From contig OZ244065.1 of assembly GCA_965215505.1 (NCBI GenBank), forward strand, positions 5,088,001-5,152,000: 64,000 nucleotides of DNA, given 5' to 3'. The position numbers and the translations under genes were made by a program. Under the pieces are notes generated by a model. It did not search any database. It had not been told where the DNA came from and worked only from the letters and a program-made list of their open reading frames with translations. This stretch comes from Capsulimonadaceae bacterium (lineage in GTDB: Bacteria; Armatimonadota; Armatimonadia; Armatimonadales; Capsulimonadaceae). Below are positions 47,783 through 57,497 of this stretch, piece after piece (positions within the stretch are counted from its first letter, which is position 1; each line of letters starts with the position of its first letter).

Positions 47783-48103
47783 TTACAGGCTGATCCGCAT
47801 GATCTCCTGGTAAGCGTCCACCGCCTTGTTGCGGATCTGGGTCGTGAGCTGCAAGGCCATCGTCGCCTGCTCCGAGGCGATCATGACGCTGTGAACGTCG
47901 CTGATCTGGCCCCGCGCGAACGCCTGGGTCATGGACGCCGAGTGGTCCTGGAGGGCGCTGACCTGGCCCAAGGCGCTTTGCAGCATCTGGCCGAAGGACG
48001 CCCCGCCGGGCGTCGCGGCGTCCGGCCCGGTCAGGCCGCCTGCCGCGTCAAGGAGGCCGGTGGGCGAGGGGAGGGGGGAAGAGGGCAGTGCGAACAGGTT
48101 CAT
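47783..48103 (-). CDS. fliE: Flagellar hook-basal body protein
   Basis: DVHSVMIA...IRNKAVDAYQEIMRI. Confidence 0.95.
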   Translation of the reverse strand: MNLFALPSSPLPSPTGLLDAAGGLTGPDAATPGGASFGQMLQSALGQVSALQDHSASMTQAFARGQISDVHSVMIASEQATMALQLTTQIRNKAVDAYQEIMRISL

Positions 48104-48322
48104 GGGATGCTCCTAAAATGATGTCTGGAATAACGGCGTTTGGAAGAATGCCGCCCGTCCTTGGGCACGGTCCTCAGCGGGACATGCGGATTGTTCCACA
48201 CCCCCTCGCCGTTTTCATAGCATTTTTCACGGGCCGCTGTCGACACGGAAACGCCCCACGTTCCACTGCTGGAGCGCGGGGCGCGATGTCCTCACGACAT
48301 GTCTTCACGACGACAACCGAGT

Positions 48323-48559
48323 CTATCGCGGGCTGTCGCCCCAAATGATGTTGTGCGGGCGTACCCCATTCTTGGGCGCGTGTCCCTGTCCGGCGGAGGC
48401 ACTGCGCGCGCCGGAAGAGATCTCGACTGTGGCCGCCGGCCCGTGGTTCACTCCGAGTTTCCCGGACAGCGCGTAGCCCGCGCCGGGCGTGGTATTCGAA
48501 TTGCGTGCCGCATTGGCCGCAGCGGAGGTCGGGAGGACGGACGGAATGATAACGCTCAT
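48323..48559 (-). CDS. Small hypothetical protein (78 aa) behind a sigma28-type promoter
   Basis: RBS caggag; GCCGATAC box at 48635-48642. Confidence 0.6.
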   Translation of the reverse strand: MSVIIPSVLPTSAAANAARNSNTTPGAGYALSGKLGVNHGPAATVEISSGARSASAGQGHAPKNGVRPHNIIWGDSPR

Positions 48560-48751
48560 ATTCTTCTCCTGGGTTTGCCCCGGCGGGAACAGGTGCCGGG
48601 CGGCATCCTTCCTTGATTATGATGCCTGGCCTTAGTATCGGCAGACAGGGCGCGAAAATGGAGACACACCAAGAGGCGCGGGGGATGAGGTAGACTGTGG
48701 ACGATCGGTTCGACAGCGTCTCAAAGTGGCTGGGAGAATAGCACGAGCAGC

Positions 48752-48895
48752 ACGAGTGATTGAAATCACTCGCTGACACCGGACCTGTCCAGGGGACAGA
48801 GGAACGGAAGGCATGACTGACTTCTCTCCACAATCCGTCCCCTCCCTTGTCCCCTGGACAAATCTGAACCGAAGCGAGTGATTTCAATCACTTGT
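48752..48895. mobile_element. MITE/REP-like element, same family as 5901-6019
   Basis: 23-nt IR acgagtgattgaaatcactcgct / agcgagtgatttcaatcacttgt; internal tgtcc-n-ggaca hairpins. Confidence 0.65.
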
Positions 48896-48944
48896 CCGTC
48901 ACCCGCGTTCTCTGCCGAATGCCATTAATAACAAGGAGACGAAA

Positions 48945-49199
48945 ATGCACCTGATCTGGATGTGGCCAACCGTTGTGGCCGTCGTTTTCACCGTCTGGGC
49001 CTGCGTCAATGTCCTGACGGGGCGGGTCGCCCGCGACCACCGCCTTTCTCACCTCGCCTATGTGCCGCTGCTCTGGCTCGGCTGCCTCAGCTTCGTGCCC
49101 ACCGGCCCACTGCTGCCATCGCTGCTGTTGGTCGCGGCGCTGCCCTGCGGGTGGATTATCACCACGGATTATTTGCGGATGCAGAAGGCAAAGAAATAG
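48945..49199 (+). CDS. Small membrane protein (about 3 TM helices)
   Basis: RBS aaggag, hydrophobic 84 aa, followed by a hairpin terminator. Confidence 0.65.
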   Translation: MHLIWMWPTVVAVVFTVWACVNVLTGRVARDHRLSHLAYVPLLWLGCLSFVPTGPLLPSLLLVAALPCGWIITTDYLRMQKAKK

Positions 49200-49253
49200 C
49201 CCCGGCGCTGTGAGCGCCGGGGCCGTCTTTCTTCTCCCGCTAAACCCGGTGGC

Positions 49254-49703
49254 CTATGCCCGCCCGATCTCCATGGCTTTCATCGCCATGCCCTTGACCG
49301 CCCCGACGGCGGCGACGTTCGCCTCATAAGCCCGCGTCGCACCCATCATGTCCACCATCTCGGTCACGGTATCCACGTTCGGCAGATTGACGTAGCCCTG
49401 CTTGTCGGCGTCCGGGTGGCCAGGCTGGTAGACGCGCTTGAACGGGCGCATGTCCGGGACGATCCCCGACACCTGCACGCCGCCCCGCGCGGCCCCATCC
49501 CCGTCGTCGCCGGACAGGCCCGCCAGCGTCTCGCCGAAGCTCGCCGTAGCCGGGGCCAGGGAAACCTGCTCGCGCCGGAACGGCCCGCCGCCGGGCGTGC
49601 GCGTCGTGTTGACGTTCGCCAGGTTGTTGGCGACGACGTCCATCCGCAGCCGCTCCGCCGTCATGCCCGAGGCGCTGATCGCCAGCGTGTCCATGAATCC
49701 CAT
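49254..49703 (-). CDS. flgC: Flagellar basal-body rod protein
   Basis: ISASGMTAERLRMDVVANNLAN, PGHPDAD..GYV..PNV, RAYEAN. Confidence 0.97.
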   Translation of the reverse strand: MGFMDTLAISASGMTAERLRMDVVANNLANVNTTRTPGGGPFRREQVSLAPATASFGETLAGLSGDDGDGAARGGVQVSGIVPDMRPFKRVYQPGHPDADKQGYVNLPNVDTVTEMVDMMGATRAYEANVAAVGAVKGMAMKAMEIGRA

Positions 49704-49706
49704 CGG

Positions 49707-50111
49707 TTAGCGTCCTCCCGCGATCACATACTTCATGCCCGAGAACTGCCCGTTCATAAGCTGCGCCGCCCCCTGATAATAGATCTCGGCGGCGGCCATC
49801 CGGCTGGTTTCGGCGTCTATGTCCACGTTGTTGCCGTCGGGCCTCATTGAGCCGGAGCGCTGGGTGACGAGGGCGGGCGAGCCGTTCCCCCTGCCGCCGT
49901 CATCGTCGAGCGTCAGGTGGCGCGGGTCGGGCGCGGCCTGGGCCAGCGTGTCCCCCTGCGCCTCCGCCGACTGAAGGAGGGCGGCGAAGGTGGCGTCCTG
50001 GCGCTTGAAGCCGGGCGTGTTGACGTTGGAGATGTTGTTGGAGATGGCTTGAATGCGCGCCGAGCCTAAATCGAGGGCCTGCGACAGCGCGGTAAAAGTG
50101 CTGGTATCCAT
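49707..50111 (-). CDS. flgB: Flagellar basal-body rod protein
   Basis: ISNNISNVNTPGFK, DGNNVDID. Confidence 0.96.
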   Translation of the reverse strand: MDTSTFTALSQALDLGSARIQAISNNISNVNTPGFKRQDATFAALLQSAEAQGDTLAQAAPDPRHLTLDDDGGRGNGSPALVTQRSGSMRPDGNNVDIDAETSRMAAAEIYYQGAAQLMNGQFSGMKYVIAGGR

Positions 50112-50118
50112 GCCGCCA

Positions 50119-50146
50119 TTATCGGCAGAGTGTCGGAGGAACTGGA
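50119..50146 (-). promoter_or_regulatory. Sigma28-type promoter of flgB, probably leaderless
   Basis: TCCA-16 nt-GCCGATAA, 7 nt before the ATG. Confidence 0.65.
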
Positions 50147-50281
50147 GGGTGCTGGGAAAATAATTTTGCCGTCCGATTCTGGATGAGCCAGGGCGGGAGG
50201 AGGGCGGCCAGGGCGGGAGGAGGGCGGCCGAATGTTTGGACGGGTGTAGGGGCGAACCTTGTGTTCGCCCTATCCCAGCGT

Positions 50282-51043
50282 TCAGGCGGGCGTGATCATC
50301 GCGCGCGGGCGCGAGTCTACCATTTCCAGCGCGCGCTCCTCCCCGACAAGGGCGGCTGCCGCCTCGCGGGCCTCCGAAAGCAGGGCGCAGGAGCGGTCGT
50401 GGAGGTCGTGGGTGTCCGAGGCGATCACGAGGGGCCAGTCGGCGGCGCGGGCGAGGATGGCGCGGGCCGTCTCCAGCGCGCGCGGCCCGAAGCGGCCCAG
50501 GAGGCTGCCGCTGGTGATCTGGAAGGCTAGACCCAGATCGGCGCAGGCTTCGACGAAGGCGAGGCTCTGCTGGATCGCGGCGCAGCGCTCCGGGTGGGCA
50601 AGGACGATCTTGAACCCGGCCTCCGTCACTTTCCGCAGGCTCTCCAGGCCGCCCGCCGGGATGCGGTCGAAGGGAGGCTCGATCAGCGCCCAGCGTCCCG
50701 CATCGCCCAATGTCCCGGCCTCGCCGTTCACCAGGTCGTCGGCGACGCGCGGGGCCATCTTGATCTCGACGCCGGGCACGACGCGCAGGGGGATGCGGGC
50801 GCGGTTCAGCGAGTCCTGCAAGCTCGCGACATGCTCCCGCACGGCCTCGGGCCGGGCGGGCTGGCGCAGGAACCAGCCCCGGTGGGGCGTCGCGACCATC
50901 GTGTCTGTGCCCGTCGCGACCGCCTGCCGCGCCATCTCCAGGGCCTCGGCCACGCTGCGCGCGCCGTCGTCCACGGAGGGCAGGATGTGGTTGTGGATGT
51001 CAACGAACAGGGCTATCGCTCCAGAGTCACTATTCCAAGGCAA
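50282..51043 (-). CDS. PHP-family tyrosine-protein phosphatase (CpsB/YwqE); start uncertain
   Basis: DIHNHILPSVDDGA, ATPH, LAHPER, IASDTH. Confidence 0.9.
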   Translation of the reverse strand: MPWNSDSGAIALFVDIHNHILPSVDDGARSVAEALEMARQAVATGTDTMVATPHRGWFLRQPARPEAVREHVASLQDSLNRARIPLRVVPGVEIKMAPRVADDLVNGEAGTLGDAGRWALIEPPFDRIPAGGLESLRKVTEAGFKIVLAHPERCAAIQQSLAFVEACADLGLAFQITSGSLLGRFGPRALETARAILARAADWPLVIASDTHDLHDRSCALLSEAREAAAALVGEERALEMVDSRPRAMITPA

Positions 51044-51764
51044 AAAGTATTTGCGAAACCATCACCATCGCCGCCGTCTCAGTCCGCAGGATGCGCGCCC
51101 CGAGCGAGATGGGTCTGACCCCGGCCCGACGCGCCGCCTTGACCTCCCCGTCCGTCAGCCCCGACTCGGGGCCGATGATGACCAGCAGGCGGGCGGGGGG
51201 GGTGGGGGAGGCCGCCAATGCTGCCTTCAAGGTCGTCTCCCGCTCCCCTTCATAGGCCAGCAGGACCAGATCGAAATCGCCCGCTGCTATCACATCGGCA
51301 AATCCGCCCTCTATACGCAGGGTGGGAAGAACGGCCCGGTGCGCCTGCTCCGCCGCCGTCTTGGTGATCGCAAGCCAGCGCCCCTCCCGTTTCGCGTGCC
51401 GCTCACCCTCCAGGTGGGTCAGACTGCGCTCACTCGCAAAGGCCCAGAAGCCGCTCGCCCCGATCTCCGTCCCACGCTGAAGCACCTGCTCCATCTTGTC
51501 CGTGACTTTAGGCAAAGCCTGCGCGACGGTGATCTTGGTCGCCGGCTCGGTGGGCGGCGAGAACGGCTCGCCAAGCCGCGCCACCGCCTTGGTCTTACCC
51601 ATTTCCAGCAATGTCGCCGGCCACTCGCGCCCCGAGTTGTCCAGCACGGCGATCTTCTGGCCCGGCTGTGCGTGGAGGACAACGCGCAGGTGGTGCGCGT
51701 CGTCGGCATCCAGGGTAACGAGGCCGCTCGCGAATTGGTCGGGGCGGACGAAGAAGTGGGTCAT
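51030..51764 (-). CDS. rsmE: 16S rRNA m3U1498 methyltransferase
   Basis: HHLRVVL, AAEQA, IGPESGL, LGARILRTETA. Confidence 0.95.
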   Translation of the reverse strand: MTHFFVRPDQFASGLVTLDADDAHHLRVVLHAQPGQKIAVLDNSGREWPATLLEMGKTKAVARLGEPFSPPTEPATKITVAQALPKVTDKMEQVLQRGTEIGASGFWAFASERSLTHLEGERHAKREGRWLAITKTAAEQAHRAVLPTLRIEGGFADVIAAGDFDLVLLAYEGERETTLKAALAASPTPPARLLVIIGPESGLTDGEVKAARRAGVRPISLGARILRTETAAMVMVSQILFALE

Positions 51765-51770
51765 AATGCT

Positions 51771-52412
51771 CTAATCAATGTCCCAAATGCCTGTGCGGGT
51801 TTGGCAATGCAGGCACTGGAATGCGACGATGTTCTCCCCGAAGCGAGGCCCCTGGTCTTCAGGCCAGCGGCTGTGGAGGAACGAGTCGACCATGTCGAGG
51901 AACAGCGGACGCCCCAACCCTTCGGGCGAAGCCGCAGCAAAATCTTCCGGCCCCCAGATGCCCAGATAGGCCATAAAATCGTTACAATGCCCCGGCCAGA
52001 TGACCTCCTGCCACGTTGAGAAACTCGGCGTCCGCCGCAGTTCGGCGATGGCCTCGTCCGCGATGCGGAGCCTCGGCGGATGGATATGCGGCGCACTGTC
52101 CGCGACCGCCCCGCCATCACTTGCTACCACAAACACCCGCTTCGGGGAGTCGTCCTGCTCATCGTAGGAGATAAGGCCTTCCTCTGTGATCAGCCCTACC
52201 TCGGTGCCGTGCATGAAACCGAAGCGGTCCCGGCGCAAGCACTCATAGCAGCCGATTATGCCCCTACGCTCCTCTTCGCTCAGTTCTGCGCTGATGAGGT
52301 CGTCAAGGGCGAAACAGCGGCCCGACTGACCGCAGAGGGAACAAACGCGGTTGCCAGGCAGGAAACCCATCTCCGCCTCGGGCGCGCGGAAGTAGCGGAA
52401 CTCAATCGGCAT
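51771..52412 (-). CDS. CbrC/UPF0167 family protein
   Basis: FRYF..CSLCG..CYEC..ELRRTPSFSTWQ..HCNDFMAYLG..FQCLHC. Confidence 0.82.
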   Translation of the reverse strand: MPIEFRYFRAPEAEMGFLPGNRVCSLCGQSGRCFALDDLISAELSEEERRGIIGCYECLRRDRFGFMHGTEVGLITEEGLISYDEQDDSPKRVFVVASDGGAVADSAPHIHPPRLRIADEAIAELRRTPSFSTWQEVIWPGHCNDFMAYLGIWGPEDFAAASPEGLGRPLFLDMVDSFLHSRWPEDQGPRFGENIVAFQCLHCQTRTGIWDID

Positions 52413-52413
52413 A

Positions 52414-53268
52414 TCAGACCTCGGCACGTCGGAAGACCAGGGCGACCCATTCTGTCTGCCGCCGGGTTTCCCCATGCGTCAATCCGATGCCCTCCAAGGC
52501 CCGCCGCACGTCGGCCTCGCGGGTGTCGATGATGCCGGAGGCGATGAGGACGCCGCCGGGCGCGAGCAGTGTGTTCAGCTCGGCGGACAGGCCGATGATG
52601 ACGTCGGCCAGGATGTTGGCGACCACCACATCATACTCGCCCGTCGGCAAGGCGTCCGTGACCTCGACGGCAACGCCGTTGGCGGCGGCGTTCTCGCGGG
52701 CGATTCGGACGGCCAGCGGGTCATTATCGTTGGCCGCGACGAACGACGCACCTAATTTGGCGGCGGCGATGGCGAGGATGCCCGACCCGGTGCCGATGTC
52801 GGCGACGCGGGCACTCGGCGTGACGTAGTCTTCCAGGGCGACGAGGCAGAGCTGCGTGGTGGGGTGGCTGCCGGTCCCGAAGGCCATGCCGGGGTCTATG
52901 ACCAGGGGGATGTCGTCGGGAGCCAGTTCGGGGTGTTCCCAGGGCGGCGTCACCAAGAGGCGGCGGCCCACCCGGAAGGGCTTGTAGAACTCCTTCCAGG
53001 CGTTCGCCCAATCGGCCTCTTCCACATAGCGCAGGGTCAGGTCCGTGCCTGCGCCCGTGACGCCGAAGCCCGGCAGCGCGGCCAGGGCATCTTTGAGCGA
53101 CCCCAGGCGGTCTTCCAGCCGGTCATCCACGGGCAGGTAGCCCGCCACGGCGGGCGGCAGCGCGGCCTCGCGCACTTCGAAACCGCCGCACCCGGCGGCA
53201 TACAGGGCCGCGCCTACCGCGTCGGTGGCCTCCGGCCCCGCGTCTATGATGATCTCCGCCCAGCGCAT
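52414..53268 (-). CDS. prmA: Ribosomal protein L11 methyltransferase
   Basis: DWANAWKEFYKP, IDPGMAFGTGSHPTT, DIGTGSGILAI. Confidence 0.96.
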   Translation of the reverse strand: MRWAEIIIDAGPEATDAVGAALYAAGCGGFEVREAALPPAVAGYLPVDDRLEDRLGSLKDALAALPGFGVTGAGTDLTLRYVEEADWANAWKEFYKPFRVGRRLLVTPPWEHPELAPDDIPLVIDPGMAFGTGSHPTTQLCLVALEDYVTPSARVADIGTGSGILAIAAAKLGASFVAANDNDPLAVRIARENAAANGVAVEVTDALPTGEYDVVVANILADVIIGLSAELNTLLAPGGVLIASGIIDTREADVRRALEGIGLTHGETRRQTEWVALVFRRAEV

Positions 53269-53289
53269 CTATGCCTGCTTAATCGCCAT

Positions 53290-54426
53290 TCACTTGTGCG
53301 AGAACGCGCCTTTGACCTTGCCCAGCAGGCCCCGCTCGTCGGCGTGGATCGTCTCGCCCGAGGCGACCGCCAGCTCCCGGACCAGGCGGCGCTGCTCTTC
53401 GGTGAGCTTCTGCGGCACCTTCACCTTGATGCTGACGATCTGGTCGCCGCGCTCCGGGCTGCGCGAGTTGACGTCCGGGAACCCCTTGCCGCGCAGGCGA
53501 AAGGTCGCCCCCGGCTGCGTCCCCTCGGGGATGGTCAGCTTTTCTATCCCGCCCAGGACCGGCACTTCGAATGTATCCCCCAAAGTCGCCTGGGCGAAGG
53601 AGACAGGGGCCTCATGCACCACGTCCATGCCGCGCCGCGTGAAGTGCGGGTGCGGCTGGACATAGATGATGACGTACAGGTCGCCGCGCCCGCCGCCGCG
53701 CAGGCCCGCGTCGCCCTGGCTTGGGTCCACGAGCCGCGTCCCCGAGTCCACCCCGGCGGGGATGTCAACGGTATGCTCCACGGTCTGGCGCAGCCGGCCC
53801 TGGCCCCGGCAGGTGGAACAGGGGTCGGTGATGACCCGGCCCGACCCGCCGCAGCGAGCGCAGGGCGCGAGTGTGGCGAACGACCCCAGGATGGTGTTCT
53901 GGATGTGCCGCACCTGGCCCGTGCCCGAGCAGGCGGAGCAGGTCTGCGGAGAGCTGCCCATCTTGGAGCCGCTGCCGTTACAGGTCCCGCAGCCCTCCAT
54001 CCGCGAAAGCCGGAGCGACTTGGGGACGCCGAAAGCCGCTTCCTCCAGGGTGATCTCCAGGTCGTAACGCAGGTCCGTCCCCTGCGCCGCCTGCTGCCGG
54101 GCGCGCTCGCCGGAGGAGCGCCCGCCCCCCCCCGCGCCGCCTGCGCCGAAGAACATATCGAAGATGTCGCCGAAGCCGTCCCCGCCCCCCATGCCCGAGG
54201 CCGGCCCGTCATGCCCGTACTGGTCGTACAGGGGCCGCTTCTCCGCAGACGAAAGGACCTCGTGCGCCTCGTTCAGCTCCTTGAACTTCTCTTCGGCACT
54301 CTTGTCGCCGGGGTTCACGTCCGGGTGGTACTTGGCCGCCAGCTTCCGGTAGGCCGAGCGGACCTCGGAGACGGACGCCGTCCGCGTGACACCCAGGACT
54401 TCGTAATAATCACGTTTGTTAGCCAT
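53290..54426 (-). CDS. dnaJ: Chaperone DnaJ
   Basis: J-domain HPD and four CxxCxGxG motifs. Confidence 0.97.
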   Translation of the reverse strand: MANKRDYYEVLGVTRTASVSEVRSAYRKLAAKYHPDVNPGDKSAEEKFKELNEAHEVLSSAEKRPLYDQYGHDGPASGMGGGDGFGDIFDMFFGAGGAGGGGRSSGERARQQAAQGTDLRYDLEITLEEAAFGVPKSLRLSRMEGCGTCNGSGSKMGSSPQTCSACSGTGQVRHIQNTILGSFATLAPCARCGGSGRVITDPCSTCRGQGRLRQTVEHTVDIPAGVDSGTRLVDPSQGDAGLRGGGRGDLYVIIYVQPHPHFTRRGMDVVHEAPVSFAQATLGDTFEVPVLGGIEKLTIPEGTQPGATFRLRGKGFPDVNSRSPERGDQIVSIKVKVPQKLTEEQRRLVRELAVASGETIHADERGLLGKVKGAFSHK

Positions 54427-54604
54427 AGACTGATGTTGAACCGGTTACCATAAATCGTTAGTGAGAGTGACAAACAGTGGGGCCGAACGCCCCCACTCCG
54501 GGAACAACACCGAAGAACGGGTGCTGGTTTCCAGGAGGGCATTCGACCCCGCAGAACTCGCCGATGAGCTTGCTGATTTGGTGCGCTTGCTGACCTCGGA
54601 GAAG

Positions 54605-56545
54605 CTACACGTCGCGGAAGTCGCCCGCGCCGGACGCCTCGCCTTCCTTCAACAGCGAGTCCATGTCAATGCGGTTCTCGGCGTCCGGGTCGAAGCCGCT
54701 CGCCCCGACCGACGTCTCCGGGCCGGGGTCGTCCATTGCCGTCACTTTGCTCAGGTCCGGCGGCGGGGCGGCGGGGGCGCTGTTGCCGTTCCCGTTGCCG
54801 TTCTGGCGCGACTTCGCCTCGTAATAGGCGCTGCTGAGTGGCTGGATGGCCGCGTTCAGGTCTTCCATGCCGTTGCGCGCCCCGGCCGTATCGTAGGCGT
54901 TGATGGCGGCCGTCAGCCGCGCCGCCGCCGAGTTGACTCCTTCGATCAGGCTCTGCGAGACCAGGCCGCGGGCGTCGGCGGCGATCCGCATGGCCGAGTA
55001 GATCTGCTGGTCGGCCTTGTTCTTGATCTCCTGCTCCTCGCGCCGCTTCTCGTCCGCCTTGCGGTACTGGTCAGCCTCGTGGACCATGCGCGTCACTTCG
55101 GACTGGCCCAGGCCGCTGGAGGCGGTGATGACGACCTTCTGCGTGTTGCCGGTCGCCATGTCCTTGGCGGAGACGTTGACGATGCCGTTCTGGTCGATGT
55201 CGAACGTGACCTCGATGCGGGGCAGCCCGCGCGGGGCGGGGACGATGCCGTTGAGCTGGAACTTGCCCAGCGTCTTGTTGTCCACGGCGAAATCGCGCTC
55301 GCCTTGCAGGACGTGGATGTCCACGGCGGATTGGTTGTCTACGGCCGTCGTATACACCTGCGAGGCCGAAGTCGGGATGGTGGTGTTCCGCTCGATCAGC
55401 TTGGTGAAGACGCCGCCCTGCGTCTCGATCCCCATCGAGAGCGGCGTGACGTCCAGGAGGACGACGCTGGTGACCTGGCCGCCGAGGATGCCCGCCTGGA
55501 TGGCCGCGCCCTGGGCGACGATCTCGTCCGGGTTGACCCCCTTGTGCGGCTCCTGGCCGAACATGGTGCGGACGCGCTCCTGGACGACCGGCATGCGGGT
55601 CATGCCTCCGACGAGCAGCACCTTCTGGATCTCTTTCGGGTCGAGTTTGGCGTCGCTCAGGGCCTGCATGGTCGGCCCGATCATGCGCTCGATCAGGTCC
55701 TGGGTCATCTCCTCGAGCTGGGCGCGCGACAGGGTCAGCTCCAGGTGGGCCGGGCCTTCGGGCGTGGAGGAAATGAAGGGGAGGTTGATCGAGGCCGTCA
55801 TCAGCATGGACAGCTCGATCTTGGCCTTCTCGGCGGCTTCCTTCAGGCGCTGCATCGCCATCCGGTCCTTGGTCAGATCGATGCCGGTTTCTTTTTTGAA
55901 CTCGGCCGTCATCCAGTCGATGATGCGGATGTCCCAGTCGTCGCCGCCCAGGTGGGTGTCGCCCGAGGTCGCCCGCACTTCGAAGACGCCGTTGTCGAGT
56001 TCCAGGATGGAGACGTCGAAAGTGCCGCCGCCGAGGTCCCAGACCAGGACCGTCTGCTCGCCGGTCTTGTCCTGCCCGTAGGCCAGGGCCGCCGCCGTCG
56101 GCTCGTTGACGATCCGGACGACTTCGAGGCCGGCGATCTTCCCAGCCTGCTTGGTGGCCTCGCGCTGGGCGTTGGAGAAGTAGGCGGGGACCGTAATGAC
56201 TGCCTCGGTGACCGGCTCCCCCAGGAAGCCCTCGGCGTCCGCGCGCAGCTTCGTCAGGATCATCGCCGAGATCTCCTCGGGCGAGAATTCCTTGCCGTCG
56301 ATGGATACCTTGTAACGGGTGCCCATCTGCCGCTTGATGGACGCGATCGTCCGGTCGGGATTCGTGATGGCCTGCCGCTTGGCGAGCTGCCCCACCAGGC
56401 GTTCGCCCGTCTTGGAGAAGCCGACGACCGAGGGGCACAGGCGGCTGCCCTCGGCCAGCGTGATGACGACCGGCACCCCGGCCTCGTCGATGGCGGCTAC
56501 GACGGAGTTGGTCGTCCCCAGGTCAATCCCCACTGATTTTGGCAT
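54605..56545 (-). CDS. dnaK: Chaperone DnaK
   Basis: [31 protein letters not shown]. Confidence 0.97.
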   Translation of the reverse strand: MPKSVGIDLGTTNSVVAAIDEAGVPVVITLAEGSRLCPSVVGFSKTGERLVGQLAKRQAITNPDRTIASIKRQMGTRYKVSIDGKEFSPEEISAMILTKLRADAEGFLGEPVTEAVITVPAYFSNAQREATKQAGKIAGLEVVRIVNEPTAAALAYGQDKTGEQTVLVWDLGGGTFDVSILELDNGVFEVRATSGDTHLGGDDWDIRIIDWMTAEFKKETGIDLTKDRMAMQRLKEAAEKAKIELSMLMTASINLPFISSTPEGPAHLELTLSRAQLEEMTQDLIERMIGPTMQALSDAKLDPKEIQKVLLVGGMTRMPVVQERVRTMFGQEPHKGVNPDEIVAQGAAIQAGILGGQVTSVVLLDVTPLSMGIETQGGVFTKLIERNTTIPTSASQVYTTAVDNQSAVDIHVLQGERDFAVDNKTLGKFQLNGIVPAPRGLPRIEVTFDIDQNGIVNVSAKDMATGNTQKVVITASSGLGQSEVTRMVHEADQYRKADEKRREEQEIKNKADQQIYSAMRIAADARGLVSQSLIEGVNSAAARLTAAINAYDTAGARNGMEDLNAAIQPLSSAYYEAKSRQNGNGNGNSAPAAPPPDLSKVTAMDDPGPETSVGASGFDPDAENRIDMDSLLKEGEASGAGDFRDV

Positions 56546-56554
56546 GTCGTTTTC

Positions 56555-56860
56555 CTATGCGCCTTCGGCGTCGTTGTCGCCAGGCTCCTCCATGGTTGGT
56601 TTTTCCGTCGTCAGTGCCGCCGCCGGAGTGGCGCCCGCGCCGGGCGCGGCCTGGGGCACGATGTCCGCGTCCACCTCGGTCGCGGTGACCTTCCCCGCCG
56701 CGATCTCTTCGAGCGCGATGGTGAGCGGGTTGGTGGACGTGGTTTCGATCAGGACCGGCGCCCCCTCTTTGATCTGCTTGGCGCGCTTGGCGGACAGCAC
56801 GACGAGCGAGTAGCGGCTTTTGACCTTGTCTTCGATGGTGTCTGCGGATGGATAAATCAA
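56555..56860 (-). CDS. rpoZ: RNA polymerase omega subunit
   Basis: MIYPS...SRYSLVVLSAKRAKQI...NPLTIALEEIAAGKV. Confidence 0.92.
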   Translation of the reverse strand: MIYPSADTIEDKVKSRYSLVVLSAKRAKQIKEGAPVLIETTSTNPLTIALEEIAAGKVTATEVDADIVPQAAPGAGATPAAALTTEKPTMEEPGDNDAEGA

Positions 56861-56914
56861 GAATGCATGGTCCTTTGTGTGTTCCCCGAATGAAAGCTTC
56901 TTAATAAAAGTTTC

Positions 56915-57286
56915 TTATCCCTGAGCGTCCGCCCGGTCCGTGTCTGCCCTGGATTCGGGTCCGCCGGCCTCTGGTTCCTGTGCCGGCCCCAGCCCTTCCA
57001 TCTCCAGGATCAGCCTGACGCCGTTCATGTTGACCCCGCGCTCTTCCGTCAGGTAGCGGATGCGCGCCAGCAGCGCGATATCTCGGTCCGAGTAGAGTCG
57101 CCGGTCCTTGGCGGTGCGCTGCGGACGGACGATCCCTTCCTTGTCCAGCACGCGCAGGGTCCAGGAGGGAAGCCCGGCCAGCTTCGCGGCGATGCTGATG
57201 ACATAGACGGGTTCGTCCGGCGCCGCCGCCCACGCGGGCGTCCCCGGCGGCAGGCCCCCCGCCGCATCCTGTTGCCCGGCAGACAT
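56915..57286 (-). CDS. hspR: HspR-like MerR family heat-shock regulator
   Basis: PVYVISIAAKLAG...TLR...RRLYSDRDI...GVN; lies upstream of dnaK. Confidence 0.8.
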   Translation of the reverse strand: MSAGQQDAAGGLPPGTPAWAAAPDEPVYVISIAAKLAGLPSWTLRVLDKEGIVRPQRTAKDRRLYSDRDIALLARIRYLTEERGVNMNGVRLILEMEGLGPAQEPEAGGPESRADTDRADAQG

Positions 57287-57350
57287 GGCCTGAACCCCTT
57301 GACGACTCCCCCATGAACCTTCTGCGGCCTGACGTGGGTACGGGCCTTAT

Positions 57351-57397
57351 ACTTACATCTTCACTTACATTATAGTCTTTTACCTCTGGTTCGTCAA
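57351..57397 (-). promoter_or_regulatory. Sigma70 promoter of the hspR-rpoZ-dnaK unit with a downstream direct repeat
   Basis: TTGACG-17 nt-TATAAT on -; ATGTAAGT twice at 12-nt spacing. Confidence 0.7.
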
Positions 57398-57497
57398 GCA
57401 CTGTTTGCGGGACACGGAAAATACCCAAAAAACACCGGCATCGGAGCCGGCGGGATGCCCTGAATCGGTGCCTCGCCGTTTCAGGTATACTACCCAC

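Noticed and set aside
48323..48559. Calling the small ORF flgM
   Set aside because: It lacks the conserved C-terminal sigma28-binding region of FlgM
54430..54600. CIRCE element between dnaK and dnaJ
   Set aside because: Only a partial half-site (TTGTCACTC on -) with no matching second arm
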